A stretch of 64,000 nt of DNA from Sporopachydermia quercuum (lineage: Eukaryota), in contig BCGN01000010.1 in assembly GCA_001599295.1 (NCBI GenBank), positions 186,001 through 250,000 on the forward strand, written 5' to 3'. The notes under the pieces are model-generated. The model had not been told where the DNA came from. It did not search any database and worked only from the letters and a program-made list of their open reading frames with translations. The position numbers and the translations under genes were made by a program. Of this stretch, positions 48,674 to 58,948 are shown in pieces. Within the stretch, counting starts at the first letter, position 1, and each line of letters opens with the position of its first letter.

Positions 48674-49284
48674 CTATGTCATAGACCGATTATTAGTAAT
48701 ACCTGTAATATACTACTTCTGTTGACTAGCATTAATTGTGCGATTTTGATTGTTGAAATCGTAGGTCCTGACTTGGTGGATTTGGTTCCTGATCGACTCT
48801 ATGACCTATCTGTTGAGAGTCCTCTTGGGCAAGTATTTTAACCTTTCGTACTGTGCACCAATTATTACACTTCATCCGCGCCGAAACCTTTTTTCCTCCT
48901 AATAATAATCTGTTCCACTTAACTGTTGAACAAAATCTAACGTTCCAAGTAAACACAACTGATAATTCATTTATCTCCCATCACCCCTCCAATACTGATA
49001 AATCTTTCATTTCCTCATCATATCATGAAATCTTTCATTGGTGCTACCAGTATCTGCAATAAGGTCTGGTAAATACGCAGTAATTTAGTATTAATATTGA
49101 ATATCTCAGACCTTATAATGCTCTCTCTAACTTCACATGTAAGATATCTAACACCCATCAACCCTTTATCGGTAAGTACATTAGACGGGGGAGATTCTGG
49201 AGGAAAGTGGCACAGAAACCAAATTTGTGTAGATTTTTCATTATCCAAAGTGGAATTTTCAGGTAGGGTGCCGGTAATACTTAC
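48674..49284 (-). other. Putative 611-nt 5'-UTR intron of MRP20
   Basis: Perfect donor CAG|GTAAGTAT at 49284; TACTAAT..CATAG acceptor 41 nt upstream of the ATG. Confidence 0.45.
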
Positions 49285-49844
49285 CTGATGATATGGATGA
49301 TGATTTATTATTAGAGGTGAAAGCTAAAGGACATCAACCGGCTGGTAGCATTAAGAGGGTAGCTGTTGTAGGATCGAAAGGATTTTGCTGGAATTGACGG
49401 TTGGGACGGTGAATAGGATTGAGTTCCACGATCAGGCTATTAGTAGTGTCAGTTAATGTTGGTTAGAATAACAAGTTTTATTTGATTGTTCTGCTTGCGT
49501 GACGTGACGATAGTTTCAACAGAAGGCTAAGCATTGCTGAATCAATAACGAGATCAGGANAAATAGTTTCTTTATTAATCTTTTGCAATTTACCAAACGT
49601 GCAATCGCATGAAAGTAAAAGCAGGAGCGTTGATCCAAACTTTGTCAAGTAGGATCTCCCAAGTTTTTGTGGATCGTTTGGATTTGAGCAACAAAGTATT
49701 TGTACAATAGAGCACGAAGAAGTTTTAGAAACGTGCAAAACACATACGCAGAAAGAAAGCTACAAAACATTAAAAAAAAAAGAAAAGGACAAAAAAAAGA
49801 AACATCGCAAATCATCACAACAGAAACAACGAACAACATCAAAA

Positions 49845-52800
49845 ATGTCACAAGATCCAATGGAAGACCCCTATGGCTACGACGACGGTGAAGATACTGA
49901 AATAACAGCAGAAGACTGCTGGACGGTCATTTCCTCATTTTTCCATGAGAAAGGTTTGGTATCCCAGCAATTAGAATCATTCAATGAGTTCATCGAGTCA
50001 ACCATTCAAGAACTGGTGTGGGAAAACAAATCTTTAATTCTGGANCAGCCTGCTCAGCATACAACTCCCGACGACAACATCAACAAGCGATATGAAATCA
50101 CTTTTGGTAAGATTTACCTCTCTCGGCCTACGATGACCGAAGCGGATGGTACCACTCACGCTATGTATCCTCAAGAAGCTAGATTACGATCTCTTACATA
50201 TTCCTCTCCATTATATGTTGATATGCAGAAGAAAGTTCTGTATTCCAACGACGATGACCAGCCAGAAGGCGGAGAAGTTGAATGGAAAGAAGACCCTGAC
50301 GAGGAGACTACACCTGTATCCCAGGTTTACATTGGTAAGGTTCCTATCATGGTGAGATCAAAGTTCTGTGTGCTGTGGAAGATCTTAGACTACGAGTTCT
50401 ACGAGTTGAAAGAATGTCCTTATGATATGGGTGGTTATTTTATTATTAACGGTGGTGAAAAAGTCATCGTTGCTCAGGAAAGAAGTGCCGCCAACATCGT
50501 GCAAGTGTTTAAGAAAGCTGCTAACTCTCCTGTCAGTCATGTTGCAGAAATTCGTTCTGCTGTAGAGAAGGGCTCCAGATTAATCAGCAGTCTTCAAGTT
50601 AAGCTCTATGGTTCTGATAAAGGATCGAACCGTTCTATCCGTGCTACATTGCCTTATGTGCGTCAGGATATTCCTATATGCATTGTCTTCAGAGCTCTAG
50701 GTGTTGTGCCTGATGGTGATATCCTTGAACATATTTGCTACGACCAAACCGATTGGCAAATGCTGGAAATGCTGAAACCTTGCGTAGAAGAAGCCTTTGT
50801 TATTCAAGATAGAGAAGTAGCTTTAGATTTCATTGGTCGACGTGGTAGTGCTATTGGTGTTAAACGTGATCGTCGTATTCAATACGCTAGAGATGTTCTC
50901 ACCAAGGAATTGCTTCCTCATATCGAACAGCGCGAAGGCTTCGAATCTCGTAAAGCATTTTTCTTAGGTTATATGGTACATAGACTTCTACTATGTGCTT
51001 TAGAAAGACGTGAGCAAGATGATCGTGATCATTTTGGCCGCAAACGACTTGATATGGCCGGTCCTTTACTGGCCAATTTGTTCAGAATGCTGTTCAGAAA
51101 GCTCACCAGGGATATTTATCTCTATCTGCAGAAATGTGTAGAAACAAACAAAGAATTCAATCTAACGTTAGCAGTCAAACCAACAACTATCACCAATGGT
51201 CTTAAATTCTCACTGGCAACTGGTAACTGGGGTGAGCAAAAGAAAGCGATGTCTTCTAAAGCTGGTGTGGCCCAAGTGTTGAATAGATTCACTTATGCCT
51301 CAACATTATCCCATCTTCGTAGAACCAATGCTGATATAGGAAAAGATACAAAACTAGCAAGACCTAGACAGCTACATAATACCCATTGGGGGTTGGTCTG
51401 TCCTGCGGAGACTCCTGAAGGTCAATCTTGTGGTCTACGAAAGAATCTGTCTTTAATGTCTGGTATATCAGTTGGTACTCCTAGTGATCCTATCATCTCC
51501 TTCTTAGATGAATGGGGTTTAGAACCTTTGGAAGATTACGTTCCACATTCTAATCCAAATGCCATTAGAGTTTTTGTTAACGGTGTTTGGTTAGGTGTTC
51601 ATAGACATGCTAATGATTTAGTTGATACCATGAGATCCTTAAGAAGAAGATGTGTTATTTCTCCAGAAGTTTCCATTGTCAGAGACATCCGTGACAAAGA
51701 ATTCCGGATCTTCACAGACGGAGGAAGAGTCTTCAGACCTTTATTTGTCGTTGATAATGATCTAGGTGGGGAATCAACTGGTCAATTGGTCCTGACAAAA
51801 GACCATGTGATGAAATTACGAGAAGGACTAGAAGTTTCAGTGGCAGAAATCGAAACCGATGAAGCCGAAGAAGGATACGAAGCAAAATACGGCTGGAACC
51901 AGCTTCTAAAAGAGGGTGTAGTAGAATATATCGATGCGGATGAAGAGGAAACTACTATGATTGCTATGAGTCCTGAAGATTTGGAAATTGCCAGAAGAGC
52001 CCAGGAGCAAGGAGTGGAAATGGTAGAAGATAACATTGAACCATCCAAACGAGTGAAACAATTGTATAATAAAAATGCCCATACTTTCACTCATTGTGAA
52101 ATCCATCCTTCTATGATTTTGGGAGTAGCTGCTAGTATTATTCCTTTCCCTGATCACAACCAATCTCCCAGAAATACATATCAGTCAGCTATGGGTAAAC
52201 AAGCTATGGGTGTTTTTCTTACTAATTTTAATGCTCGAATGGATAACGAAGCACATATCTTATACTATCCCCAGAAACCTTTGGCTACAACTAGATCTAT
52301 GGAATATTTGAAGTTTAGAGAACTTCCCGCTGGTCAGAATGCTATTGTTGCTATTTTATGTTACAGTGGTTATAACCAAGAAGATTCAGTTATCATGAAC
52401 CAAGGAAGTATCGATCGTGGCTTGTTCAGAAGTTTGTATTATCATACATATTCTGACCAAGAAAGGAGAGAAGGTATGAACGTTGTACAAGAGTTCGAAA
52501 AGCCGATTCGCAGTAATACACTTCGTATGAAAATGGGCACCTATGAAAAATTAGAAGAAGATGGACTTATTGCTCCAGGAGTTCGTGTTTCTGGAGAAGA
52601 CATTATAATTGGTAAAACAGCACCTCTAGAACAGGATTCGCAAGAATTAGGTCAAAGAACAAAGCTGCATACGAAACGATGTGTTTCCACCCCTTTAAGA
52701 AGAACAGATAATGGTATTATCGATGATGTAATGATCACAACTAATCAAGAAGGATTGAAGTACGTTAAAGTGCGAATGAGAACAACCAAGGTTCCCCAAA

Positions 52801-53561
52801 TTGGTGATAAGTTTGCTTCGCGTCACGGTCAGAAAGGTACTATCGGTATTACGTATAGGAACGAAGATATGCCATTCACAGCCGAAGGATTAGTGCCAGA
52901 TCTAATCATCAATCCGCACGCTATTCCTTCTCGTATGACGGTTGCTCATTTGATTGAATGTTTACTTAGTAAGGTTGCTTCTTTACAAGGTTATGAAGGC
53001 GATGCCAGTCCTTTCACAGATGTCACTGTTGATGCTATCTCTAAACTTTTAGCGGAAAACGGTTACCAGTCAAGAGGTTTCGAGGTATTGTATAATGGCC
53101 ATACTGGTAAAAAATTAATGGCCCAAGTGTATTTTGGTCCTACGTACTATCAACGTCTTAGACATATGGTAGATGACAAAATTCATGCTCGTGCTAGAGG
53201 ATCTATTGTTTCCTTAACTAGACAACCTATGGAAGGTCGTGCCAGAGATGGCGGGTTGCGTTTTGGTGAAATGGAGCGTGATTGTATGATTGCTCACGGA
53301 GCAGCCTCGTTTTTGAAAGAAAGATTGATGGATGCATCTGATGCTTTCAGAGTTCATATCTGCGGTGTTTGCGGATTGATGAGTGTTATTGCTAATTTGA
53401 AGAAGAATAAATTTGAATGTCGGTCTTGTAAGAACAAGACAAATATATACCAGATTCATATTCCATATGCAGCTAAGCTTTTATTCCAAGAGTTGATGGC
53501 TATGAATATATCTCCTAGACTTTATACAGATAAGTCTGGTGTATCTAACAGGTCTTTCTGA
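49845..53561 (+). CDS. RPB2: RNA polymerase II second-largest subunit (divergent in nucleic-acid-contacting loops)
   Basis: [77 protein letters not shown] and C-terminal Zn ribbon. Confidence 0.98.
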   Translation: MSQDPMEDPYGYDDGEDTEITAEDCWTVISSFFHEKGLVSQQLESFNEFIESTIQELVWENKSLILXQPAQHTTPDDNINKRYEITFGKIYLSRPTMTEADGTTHAMYPQEARLRSLTYSSPLYVDMQKKVLYSNDDDQPEGGEVEWKEDPDEETTPVSQVYIGKVPIMVRSKFCVLWKILDYEFYELKECPYDMGGYFIINGGEKVIVAQERSAANIVQVFKKAANSPVSHVAEIRSAVEKGSRLISSLQVKLYGSDKGSNRSIRATLPYVRQDIPICIVFRALGVVPDGDILEHICYDQTDWQMLEMLKPCVEEAFVIQDREVALDFIGRRGSAIGVKRDRRIQYARDVLTKELLPHIEQREGFESRKAFFLGYMVHRLLLCALERREQDDRDHFGRKRLDMAGPLLANLFRMLFRKLTRDIYLYLQKCVETNKEFNLTLAVKPTTITNGLKFSLATGNWGEQKKAMSSKAGVAQVLNRFTYASTLSHLRRTNADIGKDTKLARPRQLHNTHWGLVCPAETPEGQSCGLRKNLSLMSGISVGTPSDPIISFLDEWGLEPLEDYVPHSNPNAIRVFVNGVWLGVHRHANDLVDTMRSLRRRCVISPEVSIVRDIRDKEFRIFTDGGRVFRPLFVVDNDLGGESTGQLVLTKDHVMKLREGLEVSVAEIETDEAEEGYEAKYGWNQLLKEGVVEYIDADEEETTMIAMSPEDLEIARRAQEQGVEMVEDNIEPSKRVKQLYNKNAHTFTHCEIHPSMILGVAASIIPFPDHNQSPRNTYQSAMGKQAMGVFLTNFNARMDNEAHILYYPQKPLATTRSMEYLKFRELPAGQNAIVAILCYSGYNQEDSVIMNQGSIDRGLFRSLYYHTYSDQERREGMNVVQEFEKPIRSNTLRMKMGTYEKLEEDGLIAPGVRVSGEDIIIGKTAPLEQDSQELGQRTKLHTKRCVSTPLRRTDNGIIDDVMITTNQEGLKYVKVRMRTTKVPQIGDKFASRHGQKGTIGITYRNEDMPFTAEGLVPDLIINPHAIPSRMTVAHLIECLLSKVASLQGYEGDASPFTDVTVDAISKLLAENGYQSRGFEVLYNGHTGKKLMAQVYFGPTYYQRLRHMVDDKIHARARGSIVSLTRQPMEGRARDGGLRFGEMERDCMIAHGAASFLKERLMDASDAFRVHICGVCGLMSVIANLKKNKFECRSCKNKTNIYQIHIPYAAKLLFQELMAMNISPRLYTDKSGVSNRSF

Positions 53562-54573
53562 ATGATTATGGTTAGGAAGTTACTATTGATTCAGAATACC
53601 TTGAAACCTGGATTTCTTTCTATTGGGGATTCCTTTGTATCAGTTACATAATATAAAAATAAAATACTGTTAATATTAGATGATGATAGAACAAGCATAC
53701 GTACAATATGTAGAAATCGGTTCTTGCTTCTTAAGGTTCGTTTGGTTTCTTGATGATTTGATCTTCTGATTTCTGTCCCTAATTAGTAGTTAGTTACCTG
53801 ATGGAGAATCCTTTTAGATACGTGGAAGTAGTTAGAATATTGATGGTTAGGGAAAGAGTTCTAGAGCAGACAATTTATTACTGTTGATTGTATTTATAAA
53901 TATTGATAAAGATCATGAGATGTATTGGATGCTGAGGGAGAAGTTATTATACTGTAATGAAAAATTGAGGAAGATGATGAAATGACGCTCTTGATTTCAC
54001 AGTGAGCTACACTGAAAGCTGTAGCAATACCCATAAATGATAATAAGAACAGGAAGTACTATCATTAGGTACGTGGATAGTCATACACTAATATTACACA
54101 GAACTGTATTCGTTCAAATAGTCTTGCTGTTTTCATGAAGTAGATACCGTATAAATTCATCTTCAGGACTGAAGGTTTGATATGGCTAGTGTGCCTGATC
54201 AATATAATTCAAATATAACTACTATCAAAATCAAAATTCATGATATTAACATATCGTACAAAAGAGATAAGTCGCTTTGTTTGTTCGGTTCAGCATCTTG
54301 GTAGAAGAATGAATTATTGAAGAATCTTCAGCAAGAAGCAATACTTGCAGCATTGGTTTAATAACGACTTAGCAGAATTTCTCAAGCTAACAGCTATTCC
54401 TATAATCAAATGATTATAAAAGGATTCTCTTCTTAGTATTCATAATGAACAAATAAGAACACCAACATCAAATACAACAATACGTCTCTAACATAAACAA
54501 CAATAACAATAAAAAACAAAATAAAACCTCTTGATTAGCCAAGTTTTATATACAAGTGAAATAACGATATGAT

Positions 54574-55772
54574 TTATAATCTGGAATTATAAGCAGCATA
54601 AGCTTCTTCCATTGCTTTCTTTCTAGCAGCTAAGTCTTCCAATTTTTGTTGAACCAATGGAGTTTCATCAGCAAAAGCAATCAGGTTTCGTTTATAAGGG
54701 TGTTCGTGTGTTTCAAAGACCTTTAAACGTTCCATTCGTGGCTTTCGTAGCTTATTACGTGGTAACATACCATAAACAGCTCTTTTCAGTAGTTCACCAA
54801 AACCTTTTCTATCTGCCATCATAGTCATTGGAACTTCCTTCAATTTACCTGGTTTTCCACTGTGGCTGTAGTAGTTTTTATCTTGCAATTTCTTTCCTGA
54901 TATTTTCAAATGTCGACAATTGGAAACGACAATATAATCCCCACAATCAACTAAATAGTTCAATGTTAGTAGCTGATATTAATTGTATAAATTGGTATAG
55001 CTTTCCCTGATCTTGTGGTCGTTATTCTCAGGTAGGATTGAGGATACTTTGAAATATATAACAATCATAATAAAGAAATGTAAAAGAAAGTGAACATACG
55101 CATAGGGTCATAGACAGGCTTATGTTTCCCCATTAATGTGTTAGCAATACTATTGGCAAGTCTACCAAGAGTTCTAGGGTCAGAGCTAACATCAACATGG
55201 TGCCAAGTTCTGGCAAATGCCAAAGAAGTCTAGTTGTCTGGTTAGTATTCTAGATGCATGATGATTGAGCAGTTCGAAATAAGTTGTATAAATGAGAGTA
55301 CATAAGTGGGAAATCCTGTACGCTTTCCTTAGGTTGGATGACAATTTTGAATATCCGTTATCGAGTGGGTTGAATTTTGAATACATCAATAATGTGGTGA
55401 AATGATTGCATAATAGAGGAGTAGTACCTCGTGTTAGATGAACTTGTAGACATNTATACCTTTTGTCTTGTTAGGTTTTAGTCTATACAGGTTTCAAAAT
55501 TGATTTTCTATCCTTTTCGTTATACAATTTCCATTATCTCTCGTTTTCTAATCCTTGCTACATCTAACAGCAATAGCGACGTAGCATCACCCATCGGTTG
55601 AATGAAAATAGGCAAGCGTAAATTGTTCATTCTCCATCTTTGCTTATACTCTTTAAGACTAATACATCCATTTGCTCATAGTTCAAAACAATCAATTCTA
55701 AATCAACCACTAGGCTGATTTTAATCATATAAGTAATTCAATTCAACATACTCTTCCAACGTGTTGCGACAT
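54574..55772 (-). CDS. MRPL23: Mitochondrial large-subunit ribosomal protein uL13m; exons 55772-55752, 55229-55100, 54950-54574 (175 aa)
   Basis: [64 protein letters not shown]; both introns GTATGT..TACTAAC..TAG. Confidence 0.95.
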
Positions 55773-56633
55773 TGTCGTGTCTATTATTCAGAAGCATCTA
55801 ATCCTTTATTATGAATAAGAGGAAAAGAGCAATCAGTAGATGTTTGCGAAAAATTAGAACTTTTTAGTATCAAATGGTGTTTTTGAAATCGCAANCCACA
55901 GACCACAGACAATCTTCAGCAAAACCTTGAATGAGCATATGTGCAGATTTGTGTGTGATTAATTTGAGATTTCATGCTGGAAAAGCATTGCACAAATATT
56001 TTATTTGTACAATGCATTTATGCAACTCTCATTGCAATTCCGAAAAGGGTAATCATCGTACAAATTCGAAAATGTAACCACAAACCACAAACCTCAGCTG
56101 AAAATTCAATCAGAAAATGATCAAATAGCTTATTATGTCAGTGTAGCACATATTTACACTTCCTTTTATGTTGAAGATGTATTATAATTATTGCTATACT
56201 TTTGGATAAAAATACACACCTTGAGCTTGCTTTGTAGAAATAGGTGAAGGAGTTTACAGGTGACGGTTGAGCTATTGTAGTGGATAAGGATTCTGTTTTG
56301 GACATTGGATGGTATAATCTAGAGTGTTTGAGGTGTCAGTCATTTGGAGGTTGAATCGTATTATATTGGAATCTTTTGCCGTAACAATCCTTTGAATTCA
56401 GATATCTTTGTTATTGTCTATGAAATAGGATTTTCTGCTATCGATTGTTTATTTGTTAGTTCAAAAGACTTGGAGTGAAAACAGAGGCCTATTTGATCTC
56501 AAAAAGTGAATTCTCAGCAAGGGAGGGTACCGAATTGGAAGCTTAGAAGCAAATATTATCGGAATACATACAACAAGAACTACTGCACCGACGGGAAAAT
56601 AGAGTAGGATTGAAAAGGCATAGTATAAACAGT

Positions 56634-56672
56634 AAATCAAATCAAATCAAATCAAACCAAACCAAACCAAAC
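56634..56672. repeat. Pentanucleotide run (AAATC)4(AAACC)3 in the RPB7 leader
   Basis: aaatcaaatcaaatcaaatcaaaccaaaccaaaccaaac. Confidence 0.8.
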
Positions 56673-56691
56673 TTAATATGAACCATTCAAA

Positions 56692-57586
56692 ATGTTCTTC
56701 TTAGTATGTGATCTGAGCTTATTACTGCAAGTCGACGGTATCTTTTACTATGTTCATTCCCGCTCATTTTAAACAGCTTGATCATAGTTCACAATCTGAA
56801 TTTATACTAACAAACATTATTGTTTATCTACAGAAAGATCTATCACTAAACTTAACCCTGCATCCTTCATACTTTGGTCCTAACATGGAGAAGTATCTTA
56901 GACGAAGGTTACTTGAAGATGTAGAAGGAACTTGTACAGGTCAATTTGGCTACATTGTATGTGTACTAGATTGTATGAAAATTGATGTGGGAAAAGGTAG
57001 AATTATTCCTGGTAGTGGATCAGCAGAATTTGAGGTGAGATACAGGGCAGTTGTTTGGAAGCCTTTTAAAGTAAGTAAATGATGAATGGTTTACTCGACA
57101 GACGTTGAATACTATGTTGTTTTCTTGTTACTCCCAATATACATGCATTTACCATTAGTGAGCAACAACCACATTTTTCTTATTGTGCTAACAAATATCC
57201 AAGGGAGAAGTTGTAGATGGAATGGTTTCAATGGTGAACAATATGGGGATTTTTGTTAATATTGGCCCATTGTCAGTTTTCATTTCTACCCACGCTTTAC
57301 CGTCAGATATGACATTCAACCCAAGCTCAAATCCTCCTGCTTATATGTCCGAAGATCAAGTGATTGCTAAAGGTAGTAGAGTCAGATTGAAGATAACCGG
57401 TACTAGAGTTGATGTGAATGCTATCCATGCTATGTATGTTACATTCTATGAATGGTTGATTGATTGGTGACTTTTTACAAANAGTCGATATAAAATAGCT
57501 GATGATCAGTGTGCTCATTTCTTTTGATTCATTACTAACTATTTGATAGTGGGAGCTTACGGGAAGATTATTTGGGTGCATTATAA
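56692..57586 (+). CDS. RPB7: RNA polymerase II subunit 7; exons 56692-56703, 56834-57070, 57204-57433, 57550-57586 (171 aa)
   Basis: [57 protein letters not shown]; three introns, the second with an AAG acceptor. Confidence 0.95.
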
Positions 57587-57925
57587 ACTAATATTATATG
57601 AATATTGTATACTAGAAACATGAAACAAAAACATATACTTTAAAATAAAACAAATGACAATCAAATGAGCAAAATAATAGAAACATTGACGTATTAAGGT
57701 GAACTTTCCATTATTCTCATCAACAGAACGTAAATCTATATGCGGTACAACTTTTATAACAGCCAAAGTGCATGGCTGTTTATTATGGATTATTTATTAT
57801 TATTTTANTATGATTTTATCATATTTTACTGTTATCGTCATTATTAGTTTTAGTAATTTTTGCTTGCAAATACAACAATATTTTCCTCACTTTCCTTCTA
57901 TTTTCTGCCAATTTAACGTTGACAC

Positions 57926-58948
57926 CTACTTTCCTTCATTGGCGATTTCCAATACACGATCGAACCAGTTGGCACCAGTAACATCGCTACTGGTCTTTTC
58001 AACAGGTGCATCATAATCAATCGTGAACTCAGAAACAGCAATACCGCATTTTTTCAATACGGCTGTCTCGCCAGGTAGGGAGCAATCACCATTTATGCAT
58101 AGATTCAATGCTCCATGTTTATGAGACTTATACCGGAATAAACCTGATTCTTTATCGAAATAAACCCCAAATCCATAAGCACCACCTCCAGAAAGCCTCG
58201 ATTTGATAAATGGTGGATCGATACATTCATCAGTAGACTCGTCACCAACTTTTGGTATATTGACGTTCAGACCATGTCCTAAAGGCAATAAACGTCCACC
58301 GTTCTCTTCCTGAACAGCAAACAAAGCTTCAACGAACTGAACAACCTTCTTGGCGTTAATAATAGCAGGGAATGTCTCACTGGAAGTTGGTAATTCGTCT
58401 TTGTAGTAGCTGTTATTTGAATTAGATCCCGAAAATGCTATAGCAGGAACTCCACGACCAACAGCCGTATATGTAGCGCCCATTGTTCCAGACAGTGTAT
58501 ATAAAGCTGGACCAAGATTAGTTCCTTCGTTTGGNCCAGAAACAACCAAATCGAATTTCTTCAATTCGGGAAAATGATCAGGAATTACATGATCAAAAGC
58601 CAAAGCAACACAGGAAGCAGGTGTTCCATCAAAGTAGAAAATATGGTCGTCCTCCCTATCACGACCCCAGGAAGGTTCGCCAGCTTTCACAGCGCCAAAT
58701 TCACCATCGACAGTCATAACAGGGGAACTTGGAAGATGGAAAGTGCCGCCATAGCCAGAACGTTGATGAACAGGTGATACTAAGATCACTTCATGGCCTG
58801 CATCCTTCAAAGCTTGATAAGCAGCTCGAATGTTAGTAGCTGCCCACCCGTCATCATTAGTGATAAGAATATTCTTTGCTGCAGTCTGAGAAATGCCAAT
58901 TGACAGAGCAACTGCTTTAGCAAAAGGTAAGATATTTGATAGTTTCAT
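57926..58948 (-). CDS. Secreted SurE-family acid phosphatase / 5'-nucleotidase
   Basis: Signal peptide MKLSNILPFAKAVALSIGISQTAA, then KNILITNDDG, QRSGYGG, DGTPASCV, VVSxPNEGTN, SGTMGA and GVPAIAFS. Real ATG is at 58948. Confidence 0.9.
   Translation of the reverse strand: MKLSNILPFAKAVALSIGISQTAAKNILITNDDGWAATNIRAAYQALKDAGHEVILVSPVHQRSGYGGTFHLPSSPVMTVDGEFGAVKAGEPSWGRDREDDHIFYFDGTPASCVALAFDHVIPDHFPELKKFDLVVSXPNEGTNLGPALYTLSGTMGATYTAVGRGVPAIAFSGSNSNNSYYKDELPTSSETFPAIINAKKVVQFVEALFAVQEENGGRLLPLGHGLNVNIPKVGDESTDECIDPPFIKSRLSGGGAYGFGVYFDKESGLFRYKSHKHGALNLCINGDCSLPGETAVLKKCGIAVSEFTIDYDAPVEKTSSDVTGANWFDRVLEIANEGK

Noticed and set aside
49277..49440. U1 snRNA-like 5' end ATACTTACCTG on the plus strand
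   Set aside because: No U1-70K loop (GATCAnGAAG), U1A loop (ATTGCAC) or Sm site follows; better explained as a minus-strand splice donor.
49845..53561. Alternative CUG decoding (Ser or Ala)
   Set aside because: CTG occurs at conserved Leu positions (RPB2 WQMLEMLKP twice, PLLAN, SLATG, KNLSL; SME1 LLLKGDNITLI), which fits CUG=Leu.
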